A stretch of DNA of 64,000 nucleotides from an uncultured Methanoregulaceae archaeon (GTDB lineage: Archaea > Halobacteriota > Methanomicrobia > Methanomicrobiales > Methanospirillaceae): NCBI GenBank assembly GCA_963717525.1, contig OY970343.1:768001-832000 (forward strand), given 5' to 3'. Position numbers and translations under genes: made by a program. This document shows, in pieces, positions 40,180-49,991 of this stretch. The stretch's first letter is position 1. Every line of letters begins with the position of its first letter. Under the pieces are notes generated by a model. That model was given only the letters and a program-made list of their open reading frames with translations. It had not been told where the DNA came from and made no database searches.

Positions 40180-42926
40180 ATGCTTGAAGAAGAATATCAG
40201 CTGGAATATTTCAAAAATCAGGGGTTTATACGGAAGATCTGCAAATCCTGTGGCTCCGCCTTCTGGACGCGCGACAGCTCCCGTGAGGACTGCGGCGATG
40301 CACCCTGTGTAACCTACACCTTCATCGGCAGTCCCGTGTTCACCCCCCATACGATCGATGAGATGCGCGAGGCCTTCCTCTCCTTTTTTGAAAAGAATGG
40401 GCACACACGCATCGAGCGCTACCCGGTAGTGGCACGCTGGCGGGATGATATCTACCTGACCATCGCCTCCATCGCCGATTTCCAGCCGTTTGTTACTGCA
40501 GGAATTGTCCCGCCGCCTGCAAACCCGCTCACCATCTCCCAGCCCTGCATACGGTTGAACGACCTTGACTCGGTCGGAAAGTCCGGGCGGCACCTGACCA
40601 CATTCGAAATGCTCGCCCACCATGCATTCAACACGCCGACAGAAGAGACTCTACTGGAAAGACCGCACCGTGGAACTCTGCGACCAGTTCCTCGCGTCCA
40701 TCGGTGGCGACCTCAATAAAGTCACGTACAAGGAACACCCGTGGATCGGCGGAGGGAACGCGGGGCCGAGCGTCGAGGTTATGATCGGGGGCCTCGAGGT
40801 TGCGACCCTTGTCTTCATGTACCTTGGCAGGCAGAAGACAAATCACCCGGGCTATGATCTCAACGGCGAGATGTACTACCCGATGAAGCTCCGCATTGTC
40901 GATACCGGCTACGGACTGGAACGGCTGGTCTGGGCCTCGAAAGGGTCCCCTACCATCTACGACGCGGTCTTCCCTGATATGGTCAGCCGGGTCATGAGCT
41001 CCGCCGGGATCTCGCACCTCCTTGAAAACAAGGACTATACGAAGATCCTTGCCATGAACGCCCGGTTTGCGGGGCTTATGGACATCTCCGGCTCCAATCT
41101 CTTCAACCTGCGAAAGAAAGTCGCCGCAGCCATCGAGATCTCGCCGGAGAAACTCGACCGGATGATCACCCCTGTCGAAAAGGTATATGCGATCGTTGAT
41201 CACACCCGGTGCCTTGCCTATATGCTCGGTGACTGCATCGTCCCCTCGAACGTCCGGGAAGGCTACCTCGCCCGGCTTGTCATCCGCAGGACGTTGCGGA
41301 TGATGAACGAGTTTAAGATGCAGGACACGCTCGCCGATCTCATCGAGGAGCAGATGAAGATCATCGGGATGAACAAGTTCGAACAGGACATCGCCATCGT
41401 CCGCGAGATCGTTGACCGTGAAGTCGAAAAGTACGCGGTAACGCTCGATCGCGGGACCCGGATCGTCCAGAAGGTTGCAAGGACATACAAGGCAAAGAGC
41501 CAGCGAGTGCCGCTCTCCGAGATCATCACCCTGTACGACTCCCACGGCATCCCCCCCGAGATGATCAAGGATATCGCCACGAAAGAAGGCGCCGTCATCG
41601 ATCTCCCGGACAACTTCTACTCCCAGATCGCCGACATGCACTCTGAATCCAAGAAGGAGGCAGTCGTGGATAAAACCGCCCCGTACGCAGACCGGGTCAG
41701 CGGACTTCCCCCCACAAAGAAACTTTACTACGAGCAGCCCGGGGATACCGAGTTCGAGGCGGTGGTCATTGACTTCTTCGACGAGTACGCTGTCCTCGAC
41801 CAGACGCTCTTTTACCCGGAGGGCGGTGGACAGCCGGCAGATACCGGAAGTCTTGTCGGGCCGGAGAGCATGGCCCGCGTCGACGATGTCGTGAAGGTTG
41901 GCGAGGTCATCCTCCACCACGTCAGCGGTGGCGTCCTGCAGCGCGGCGAACGGGTTAAAGGTATGGTCGATGAGGAGCGGCGGTTCTCGCTGATGCGCCA
42001 CCACACGGCCACCCATATCCTCCTCCATGCAGCAAAAGAGGTGCTTGGTGTCCATATCCACCAGTCCGGGGCGCAGAAAGGGGCAGAGAGCTCGCGTATT
42101 GATATCCGCCATTTCAAGCACATCACTCCCGACGAACTGCGGAAGATCGAGATTGCGGCCAACCGGATGGTGATGGCGAACCAGCCGGTCGAGATCTCCA
42201 TCGAGAACCGTACCAAAGCCGAGCAGGAATACGGCTTTTCCCTGTACCAGGGAGGTGTCCCGCAGGGTAAGGACCTCCGGGTGGTCAAAGTCGCCGGTGA
42301 TATCGAAGCCTGCGCTGGCACCCACTGCCGGAGCACCGGGGAGGTTGGGGCGATCAAGATCCTCAGGGTTGAGCATATCCAGGACGGGATCGAGCGGATA
42401 GAGTTTGCAGCAGGAACCGCTGCGATCTACTCTATGCAGCACCTGGAGCAGATCGCTTCTTCGTCTGCTGATGTCCTCTCTGTCCAGCTCGAAAATCTCC
42501 CGCCGACCGTAACCAGATTCTTTACTGAATGGAAAGACCAGAAAAAAGAGATCGACCGCATGAGCCAGAGGCTCGTGGACCTCGAAATTTCGACGATCCA
42601 CGCCGAGACTATGGGGGGGATCCCGGTCGTTGTGAGACGAATCGATCTTGCACCCCGCGAACTCTCGACGATCGCTACAGCCATTTCAGAAAAAGGCGGT
42701 GTTGCCCTCCTCGCTGCAACGGGGGGGACTGCACGGGTGGTCCTTGCCTCGGGCGACCCACGGGTCAATGCTGGGGAGATTATCGGGCAGGCTCTGCGGA
42801 CTCCTTGGCGGCAAAGGCGGAGGAAAACCCCAGATGGCCCAGGGTGGCGGGCCTGACGTGGATAAACTGGATCTTGCCCTGAACGTGGGACGCGAGCGCA
42901 TCATTGCGGCGCTGCAGAAGAAATGA
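40180..42926 (+). CDS. alaS: Alanine--tRNA ligase, archaeal type (frameshifts near 40650 and 42790)
   Basis: [53 protein letters not shown]. Confidence 0.95.
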
Positions 42927-42928
42927 CC

Positions 42929-43523
42929 ATGACCGGAGAGGTAGTCGGTACTGGAACCGGGTGACGAACAGGCGCAGAAGATAGCAAAAGCCATGGCAAG
43001 CCAGACGGCAAGCGACATTCTCTCTCTCCTTGCGCTTGGTACAAAAAGCCTCACCGACATCACCGAGCAGCTTAAGATCCCCCTCACCACCGCAAAGTAC
43101 CACGCCGGGAACCTGCTCGATGCCGGCCTCATTAAGGTCTCAGAGACACGGTACAGCATCAAAGGGCGCGAGGTGAAGATGTACACGCTCACCGATCGGC
43201 TCCTGATTGTCGCGCCAAAACGAACCAATGTCAGGGATCTGCTCCTCAAGTACAGCTCTCTTTTTGGAATCGTTATTGCCGGAACGCTCGCGGTTTTTGC
43301 CATCGTTCCCCTGCTCTCTTCACAGGCATTACCGGAAGCAGCCCCCCTCATGACAGCCGGTGCTGAATCGGGGGCCGGGATGTATGCGGCAAAAGCTGTG
43401 GTACCCAATGCTGTGGCTCCGGCGTCACCCCTCGATCCGGCGCTTGCCTTCTTCCTAGGGGGGGTACTGGTTATAGGTGTCCTGCTCTGCTACGAAGCCT
43501 GGCTCTGGAAGACGCGGCGCTGA
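42929..43523 (+). CDS. ArsR-like wHTH regulator with two C-terminal TMs (frameshift near 42947)
   Basis: LEPGDEQAQKIAKAMASQTA, KSLTDI...TTAKYH...KGRE. Confidence 0.82.
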
Positions 43524-43646
43524 AATACCGGCAAAAATACACAAGCGCAGAGAGCTTTACCTTCTTTATTGATTTATTACAAGAATTCCGGTCCTGACCG
43601 CTGGATACAAGGCAGTGACCGCCAAAAAAGGGTTGGATATTTAAGA

Positions 43647-44474
43647 TTACGATCGTTTTATTCTGACTGCCAACAGCATGCCAATCGCCAGTGCCCCGAT
43701 AACCACCATTGCCGGCAGGGGCGACCTGGTAGGAATTGGCGTAGGAATTGAGGTATAGGTTACCATTTTTGTGGTGCTGACCACGAGAGGGGTCGGTGTA
43801 GGGATCGTTGTTGCTGTAGTCGGGGCAACAACGTGGAATACAACCGAGGTGATGGCGCCGTTTGCATCGGAAAACTTGACCGTATAATCGTCAGGCTGGG
43901 TTACAGCCACAATTTGCCTAAAATCGCCGTCACCGGTCTGGATATTAGGGGTTGTTCCAATATACAGGGGGCCGAAGACCTGTCCAGCGGATGCACCATT
44001 GACCGAAATTTGGATGCCACTATTTCCCCCGTTCTTGAGGGAGCCGGCAATCACGAGCGCATCGGCAAGGTTCTGGGTAGTCGGGGAGGTGATGGTCAGG
44101 TCACCAGAGCGATCGGTCATAGTGATGAGCTGCGTGGTCACAGAATCTGATCCAATGGCAGCTACACCATTCCATGCGATCTCCACATCGTACTGGCCGC
44201 CCTTGAGCCCGGTCGTGTCGAAGAGCGCGTACTGGGTGAGCTGGTTTGGCTGGATGGTCATTGGCTGGCTGGAGATCAGTGTCGCCGTGTACTGTTTCTG
44301 GTAAAAGTTCAGGTTAAAACTGGTTCCGGCAGGAAAATTGGAATCAATGGAGCATTTGATGGTCTGGCCGACCGGGATGGTAAGCGGAGAGCAGTTCAGG
44401 TTTATGTTATAGGCTGATGCTGATCCCACCAGGGCCAGCAAGAGCAGGATAAAGATACACAGAAACTTTTTCAT
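43647..44474 (-). CDS. Secreted/cell-surface protein with archaeosortase-type anchor
   Basis: Signal peptide, Thr/Pro linker, SPLPAMVVIGALAIGMLLAVRIKRS. Confidence 0.82.
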   Translation of the reverse strand: MKKFLCIFILLLLALVGSASAYNINLNCSPLTIPVGQTIKCSIDSNFPAGTSFNLNFYQKQYTATLISSQPMTIQPNQLTQYALFDTTGLKGGQYDVEIAWNGVAAIGSDSVTTQLITMTDRSGDLTITSPTTQNLADALVIAGSLKNGGNSGIQISVNGASAGQVFGPLYIGTTPNIQTGDGDFRQIVAVTQPDDYTVKFSDANGAITSVVFHVVAPTTATTIPTPTPLVVSTTKMVTYTSIPTPIPTRSPLPAMVVIGALAIGMLLAVRIKRS

Positions 44475-44558
44475 GCCTAGTTGGTCGAATCGCCGGCATT
44501 AAAAAGGTTCCCCAATGGTGCCCGGAGGGACGTTTGCATTTATCCCGGAAGGGGAGGA

Positions 44559-45167
44559 TCAGATAAGGTCGATAAAATTTTTGAGCAGCGCAAGACCGAC
44601 CGCCCCGCTCTTTTCCGGGTGGAACTGGACGCCGTACACGTTGTCGCGGACTATTGCCGAGGCAAAGGGAAGGATGTACTCCGTGGAGGTGAGCGTGTAC
44701 TCCGGGGTAGTATCGGCATAGTAGGAATGGACGAAGTATACATACGCTTCCCTGGGGAGACCGGCAAAAAGCGGGCTTTTCTCTTTTGTGAGCCTGATTG
44801 TGTTCCAGCCCATGTGCGGGACCTTGATGCCGGGGACCACAGGAAACCGGCGCACGCAGCCCGGGATGAGGCCAAGACCCTGGTGCAGACCGTGTTCCTC
44901 GCTTGAGTCCATGAGCATCTGCATACCAAGGCAGATGCCAAGGAGCGGGACATCTTTTACCGCAGCACAGACCGTCTCCCTGAGGGGGCCCAGCTGGTCC
45001 ATGCCCTCGTGGAAGGCGCCAACACCCGGGAGCACGATGCCATCGGCAGCCGCGATCTCGTCTGCATTGCCGGTAATGACCGCCCTCGCCCCGGCTGCCT
45101 CGATCCCGCGCATGACGCTGCGCAGGTTTCCGAGACCGTAATCAATGATGGTGATTGTCGTTCCCAT
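44559..45167 (-). CDS. hisH: Imidazole glycerol phosphate synthase subunit HisH
   Basis: IIDYGLGNLRSV, LPGVGAF, GICLGMQ, VPHMGWN, QFHPEKS. Confidence 0.95.
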   Translation of the reverse strand: MGTTITIIDYGLGNLRSVMRGIEAAGARAVITGNADEIAAADGIVLPGVGAFHEGMDQLGPLRETVCAAVKDVPLLGICLGMQMLMDSSEEHGLHQGLGLIPGCVRRFPVVPGIKVPHMGWNTIRLTKEKSPLFAGLPREAYVYFVHSYYADTTPEYTLTSTEYILPFASAIVRDNVYGVQFHPEKSGAVGLALLKNFIDLI

Positions 45168-46557
45168 GTACGTCCTCCCGGATCCTCCATGCCCCGCTTT
45201 CGATCCAGTCTGCGGGGAGATCCTGCGTCCTGCGCCATGCTTCGAGGTGTTCCTTCCACCCCTCCCAGAGGCCGGCAAAATCGGTCTCGATCATGTGGAT
45301 CAATGCCATATCACTGGACGGGCACATGAAACATCCGATCCGATCCAGCCGGTGTTCGTAGAGCCGGTTGTAAGGAGCATGCTCCATAAAAAGGTAGAGC
45401 CAGACGTGAAGCGCAGTCCAGTCCTGGATCGGGGCCGCAGAAAGCTGCACCTTTACCGTCGGGTTTCTCCACACACGATCGCTCCCTGCCCGCGAGAGGG
45501 ATTCGTACCGGCGCTGGCCGATAAAAGAGAGGCACTCCCCCCAAGTCGTGCGGATCGTCTCTGTGACCGGCAGGAGCTTGCAGACGCTGCAGCACCAGCG
45601 GGCGTTGACAGCCGGCGGGCCCTGCCGGGCAAGGGTCGTCCAGAATTTTTCAGATGTGGCAGTCCGGATGACCTCTGCCTGGTACTTCTGCTCCACCTCT
45701 GCCACATTCGCGTAGGTCTCCGGGAACTCGAGGCCGGTGTCGGCAAAGAGCAGCGGGACGTTCCCGAGGGCCTTGCGTACGACCAGCAGGGTGGCAAGGC
45801 TGTCTTTTCCCCCGGAGTACGAGATCGTTGGCTGGAGCAAGTACGCGGCGGCGACGTCCTTTACAAACCGTACCTGCCTCACCTTCGGTACTGTGCGATG
45901 ATACCGGCATTGGACCGGACGGCATCCTCCCATGTGGCCTTCCCGGGCACGATGGTCGAGGCAACATTCCTGCGGTTGCGTACAACCTGTCCCTTCTGCA
46001 GTGCCCGGGCCTCTTCTGCCCCGGCCTTTGCCCTGCCGACGCCGATGCATTCCCTCTTCTTGGCAAGGATGAAGACCTCGTCACCTTTCCGGACCGCATC
46101 GTCAATAAAATCGAGTCCGGGCCTGAGCACACTCATGCCCTGGTCGCGGATGAAGGGCACCGCGGTATCATCGACCACGACGAAGCGTTTTTCCGGCCGG
46201 AAAAGGGCACACGCTTCGGGGCGCGGGATCGGTTCCCACCTGCGTTCTTTGGGGATGTACCGGATGGAGCCGGCGATCCCCCCGCCGATCACGATCTCTT
46301 CCATCCGGTCGGTGTCCGGGTACCTTGTTTAACAGGACGAGATGGCCGGCGGGAACGAGCGGTGCGCCAAAGTGCTCACAAAAGATACTGTTGACAAGCG
46401 TAATATCGGCCGGAAAGGCCGGCCGTGCATCGCCCGGTGGCGTGAGCGGCACCTCGCGGGTTGCCGAACCACAGGAAGCACAGGTCTTTGCAAGGACCGG
46501 TGTGTGACACTGGTCGCACCAGCGCAGCAGGATCCTGCCAAGATAGGGGGGGCGCAT
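45142..46557 (-). CDS. PAPS-reductase family protein with Zn ribbon and PUA domain (two frameshifts)
   Basis: WC..C..P...C..C, TPPGDARP; PUA domain; SYSGGKDS, RWCC..CK, RIGCFMCP. Confidence 0.88.
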
Positions 46558-46757
46558 TCCCACATCTGTTCGCGCTTGTGGGATAAAATGATAAGCGCTG
46601 TCTCTTCCCGGTCAGGAAAAATTCTCTATCTTCCGGTAACGGCGGATGGTTTGGATAATATCGACAGGTTTGATATGTACGTCTTACCATTATGAGACTG
46701 TGACAGCCGACTGTTCAGGCACCGGGCGTGCCGGAGGTTTTTGGGAGGCGATCGAAG

Positions 46758-47021
46758 ATGATTCTTGATATCTGGCTCTTTACAGCAGTCGGTTTTTTTA
46801 TTCTCACCTTCTGCGCTGTCCTGCGTATTGTTCCCGGCCCCACACTGAATGATCGCCTGATCGCGGTCAATGTCGCAGCCACCCTTGCATGTGCAGGGGC
46901 GCTCGCCCTGACTGTGGCCATGGGCAGCCTGCTCGTGGCGCTGGTCGCCGGCCTGACCGCATGCGTCGTGTTTGCGGCGACGATCAGAATCTCCCAGGTA
47001 CGGAAGGGTGCGGCGTCATGA
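46758..47021 (+). CDS. Mrp/Mnh antiporter subunit F-like protein
   Basis: RIVPGPTLNDRLIAVN; 3 TMs. Confidence 0.8.
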   Translation: MILDIWLFTAVGFFILTFCAVLRIVPGPTLNDRLIAVNVAATLACAGALALTVAMGSLLVALVAGLTACVVFAATIRISQVRKGAAS

Positions 47022-47371
47022 GCGCATGGTTGCTTGATGGGCTCATTACCGTCCTGCTCGTCCTTGCGGTCGGCTTTGGGGCCATCAGCGTCATCGGCCT
47101 GCTCCTCTTCCCGGATATCCGGAGCCGGTCCTTTACCGGCCTGCGGGCCGGCATTCTTGCGACTGCCCTTGTGACCGGTGCCGGTGTTTGTTATGGCATC
47201 TTTTCGTGGATCACCTTTGGTGGCAGGCAGGTGCAGTACCTGCAGTATACGCTCGTGGCGATCCTGATGCTTCTCCTGGTAGTGCTCCTCAACCGGGTCG
47301 CAACTCGTGTCCTGTGCCATTCGTCCGTGCCGGTACAGCCCCCTTCTACGGGTGAAAAAGACCAGTCATAA
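47018..47371 (+). CDS. Mrp/Mnh antiporter subunit G-like protein
   Basis: IGLLLFPDIRSR; 3 TMs; ATGA-coupled. Confidence 0.75.
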   Translation: MSAWLLDGLITVLLVLAVGFGAISVIGLLLFPDIRSRSFTGLRAGILATALVTGAGVCYGIFSWITFGGRQVQYLQYTLVAILMLLLVVLLNRVATRVLCHSSVPVQPPSTGEKDQS

Positions 47372-47461
47372 CCTCTTTTCCGCGGTGTTCCGGGTAATCC
47401 CGGGCGGCTCTTTTGTTCGTTAAACCGGGCAGGAGAGGGTTCCGGAAACCTGATGTACCGT

Positions 47462-47813
47462 TCAGCAGGCCTTTTCTTCCGGGAGTGTTTCATCTGCTTC
47501 CGGTTCCATGAAACAGAGCACAGCCGCAATTCCGAGGAGAATAACTGCCGGCAGGTACCAGGTTATCAGGTACAATGTTCCGGCAAGCGGGACCGACAGC
47601 AGGATCCAGACCGCGGATGAGAGCAGCATCCACCCTGCAAACCGGGTCTCAGAGTTTGCAATCGCTGCCCCCATCAGGCCGAGGCTGGAAAAAAGGGCGG
47701 CCTGGACTCCTGAGAGGGTCATATCGGAGGAAGTCTGAGGTAAAAATAACATATGCTGCGGTGGCAATACCGAGAATACCTCCGATCACGCCCACGATAA
47801 ACTGTCTCTTCAT
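47462..47813 (-). CDS. Small membrane protein (frameshift near 47735)
   Basis: MKRQFIVGVIGGILG joins hydrophobic ORF 47462..47767. Confidence 0.65.
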
Positions 47814-48200
47814 CACTACACGATAGGACAACAAACGCTCTTAAAGATTGCTTTTTTTATCTTCCGGTATATAATAGACCGGGCCGGATGAAGGCGCGGG
47901 GGGCGTTTTTTGGGAAATGTCTGGTAAAACAGCGTTCCCGCTCACAATCCGGAGGATTTTCAGAGAATAATTGTCCGCTCTATTGGGCCTCTTTTGGCAA
48001 TCCGGGTGAAATTATAAGGATTGCGCAATTTCCTCCCAATCGTTCCTAAATCGGTCCTGTTCCGGAGTCTCCCATTTTTCGCAGGATAAAAGTGTGATTC
48101 AGTGCGATTCTATGGGCGAAACCATAATTTTGACCAAAATATTTATCTATTCGTAGAATAATGAAAATTATAACCCTTTCCGGTGGGAGGTGGAATGTAA

Positions 48201-48284
48201 ATGGTTGCAGCAAAGAAACCGGCCGCAAAGAAGGCCCCAGCAAAAAAACCCGCCGTAAAGAAGGCAGCCCCGAAGAAGAAGTAA
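48201..48284 (+). CDS. 27-aa histone-H1-like basic peptide MVAAKKPAAKKAPAKKPAVKKAAPKKK
   Basis: SD GGAGGTG at 48186-48192; synonymous codon variation among repeats; downstream T-tract. Confidence 0.85.
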   Translation: MVAAKKPAAKKAPAKKPAVKKAAPKKK

Positions 48285-48303
48285 TTATCGGGCATAATTA
48301 ATG

Positions 48304-48319
48304 TTTTCTCTCTTTTTTT
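48304..48319 (+). terminator. Oligo-T archaeal terminator
   Basis: TTTTCTCTCTTTTTTT 20 nt after the micropeptide stop. Confidence 0.6.
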
Positions 48320-48445
48320 GAATTACCCTGTCCTGAAGATATAATGACTGATAATGGTCACCGTTTGCAGCAATCCTTCCCGGTAACCGATACCGGGCAT
48401 GGGAACATGAATACCCCGGTACCACGGTAATGGATCACGCTGGCC

Positions 48446-49108
48446 TTACTCCGGCCACGTAATGACCTCTTCCACCGATGGCCTGATCGAGGGAGACAAC
48501 GGTTCTGCAGGATATCCCGTGGCGCACCCCATGAGCGCCCATCGCCCGGGTTCAAGCCCGAGGATCCGGCAGAACTGCTCGTTCACTGCCATCTGTGCCG
48601 TGACAGAGACAAGCTGGAAGCCGAGGCCGAGTGCCGTCGCTTTCAGCCACATGTTCTCCATGCAGTGCGCAAGGGACTGCTGTTCTACGGGAGGAAATCC
48701 CTTTTTCTCCGCGACAACGATATAAAACGGGGCAGTGCCGATACCGGGTACCATGCCCATGTTTCTGATCATCGCAAGCCGGTTTATGAACCCGGCTGCC
48801 TTGCTCCGTAGGCCGGCATTATGTGATGTTTCCCGTACCAGAGCACTGGCCATTGCGACAACCTCTTCAAAGACCAGCGGGATCAGCGCTTTCATGGCCT
48901 TTGACTCCTTCCGGACCACCACAAACCTCCTGAAATAATCGGTCGAATTCCCGATTGCCGATGCCGCAAATGGAGCATGGAGACCGGCGTGAACGATGCT
49001 CTCGATCATCTCATCCGTGGGGATATCTGCTGTAAACTTCCGGTGGGAGCGGCGTTCCCCAATAATCCTGTCCAGGATCGCGTTGTCCTGATCGGTTTTT
49101 GCAGTCAT
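48446..49108 (-). CDS. Nitroreductase family protein
   Basis: ERRSHRKF, AGLHAP, ENMWLKATALGLG, TGYP. Confidence 0.9.
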   Translation of the reverse strand: MTAKTDQDNAILDRIIGERRSHRKFTADIPTDEMIESIVHAGLHAPFAASAIGNSTDYFRRFVVVRKESKAMKALIPLVFEEVVAMASALVRETSHNAGLRSKAAGFINRLAMIRNMGMVPGIGTAPFYIVVAEKKGFPPVEQQSLAHCMENMWLKATALGLGFQLVSVTAQMAVNEQFCRILGLEPGRWALMGCATGYPAEPLSPSIRPSVEEVITWPE

Positions 49109-49260
49109 GTTCTTTCAGCCTCACATTTCTTGGAGTGCCGGGATATTTCAAGCTCATGTTCTTACGGACCGCAAGAGCGGGAACGTTTTTTGGAAAGGAA
49201 TTGTTGCCCTGTCATCCATATCCTCACTTTTTATATGCCATCCCCTCAAATCCCTGAATC

Positions 49261-49845
49261 ATGATAGACGCGATTGTCCGGAAAGTTAAGGATCTCCTCA
49301 CAAACCCTCTGGAGACTTTCAGGAAATCACGGGAGGATGAAATGACCCCCGTCGTCAGGTATTTCCTCGCTCTCCTGGTTGTCGACGCGGTCCTGACCGC
49401 AATTATATCCCTCGCCGGTTTTGGCATATGGGGCATGGTGGGCAGGGTCACGCATATCCACCACCCGATACTGATCTTTCTCCTTGTGCTTATCGGCGGT
49501 CTTATCCTTGCCCCTATCTTTGCCGCATGGCTGCACCTCTGGGTCTGGATTGTCGGCGGGCGCAAGGGGTTTTCTCAGACCCTCAAAGCCGTTATGTACG
49601 GCGCAACACCCGGTTTGCTCCTTGGCTGGATCCCCATTATCGGTATCCTGTTCCACCTCTGGGCAATGGTCCTTGCCATCTTCGGGATCCACGAACTGCA
49701 CGAGATTGACGGTGGCAGGGCAGCCTTTGCCGTGATCATTGCAGTCATCATCCCGCTCGTTATTCTCGTCCTGATTGCAGCATGGCTTCTCGTTGGCAGC
49801 GTGGCCACGACCATGCCTGTGGCAAGGACGGGACTCCTCTCATAA
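49261..49845 (+). CDS. Yip1 family membrane protein
   Basis: Paralog of 12128..12739 (HLWVWI.GGR.G..QT.KA..YG.TP.L.LGWIP). Confidence 0.87.
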   Translation: MIDAIVRKVKDLLTNPLETFRKSREDEMTPVVRYFLALLVVDAVLTAIISLAGFGIWGMVGRVTHIHHPILIFLLVLIGGLILAPIFAAWLHLWVWIVGGRKGFSQTLKAVMYGATPGLLLGWIPIIGILFHLWAMVLAIFGIHELHEIDGGRAAFAVIIAVIIPLVILVLIAAWLLVGSVATTMPVARTGLLS

Positions 49846-49991
49846 CTTTTCTGATAGCCCGGATTGAAGAGCAGCATCCGGCCGGCTTCCCGGCATGATA
49901 CCGGTACGGATAGGAGATCTTCCGCCTCACAAATTATATCCCCGTCAGGAACGCACCAGAAACTGATACCATCAGTACTATCGGTGACAGG

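Noticed and set aside
40628..42601. Long antisense ORFs (e.g. 40628..42601, 5305..6513, 8157..9365, 15654..16787)
   Set aside because: Shadow ORFs of high-GC genes with no recognisable motifs.
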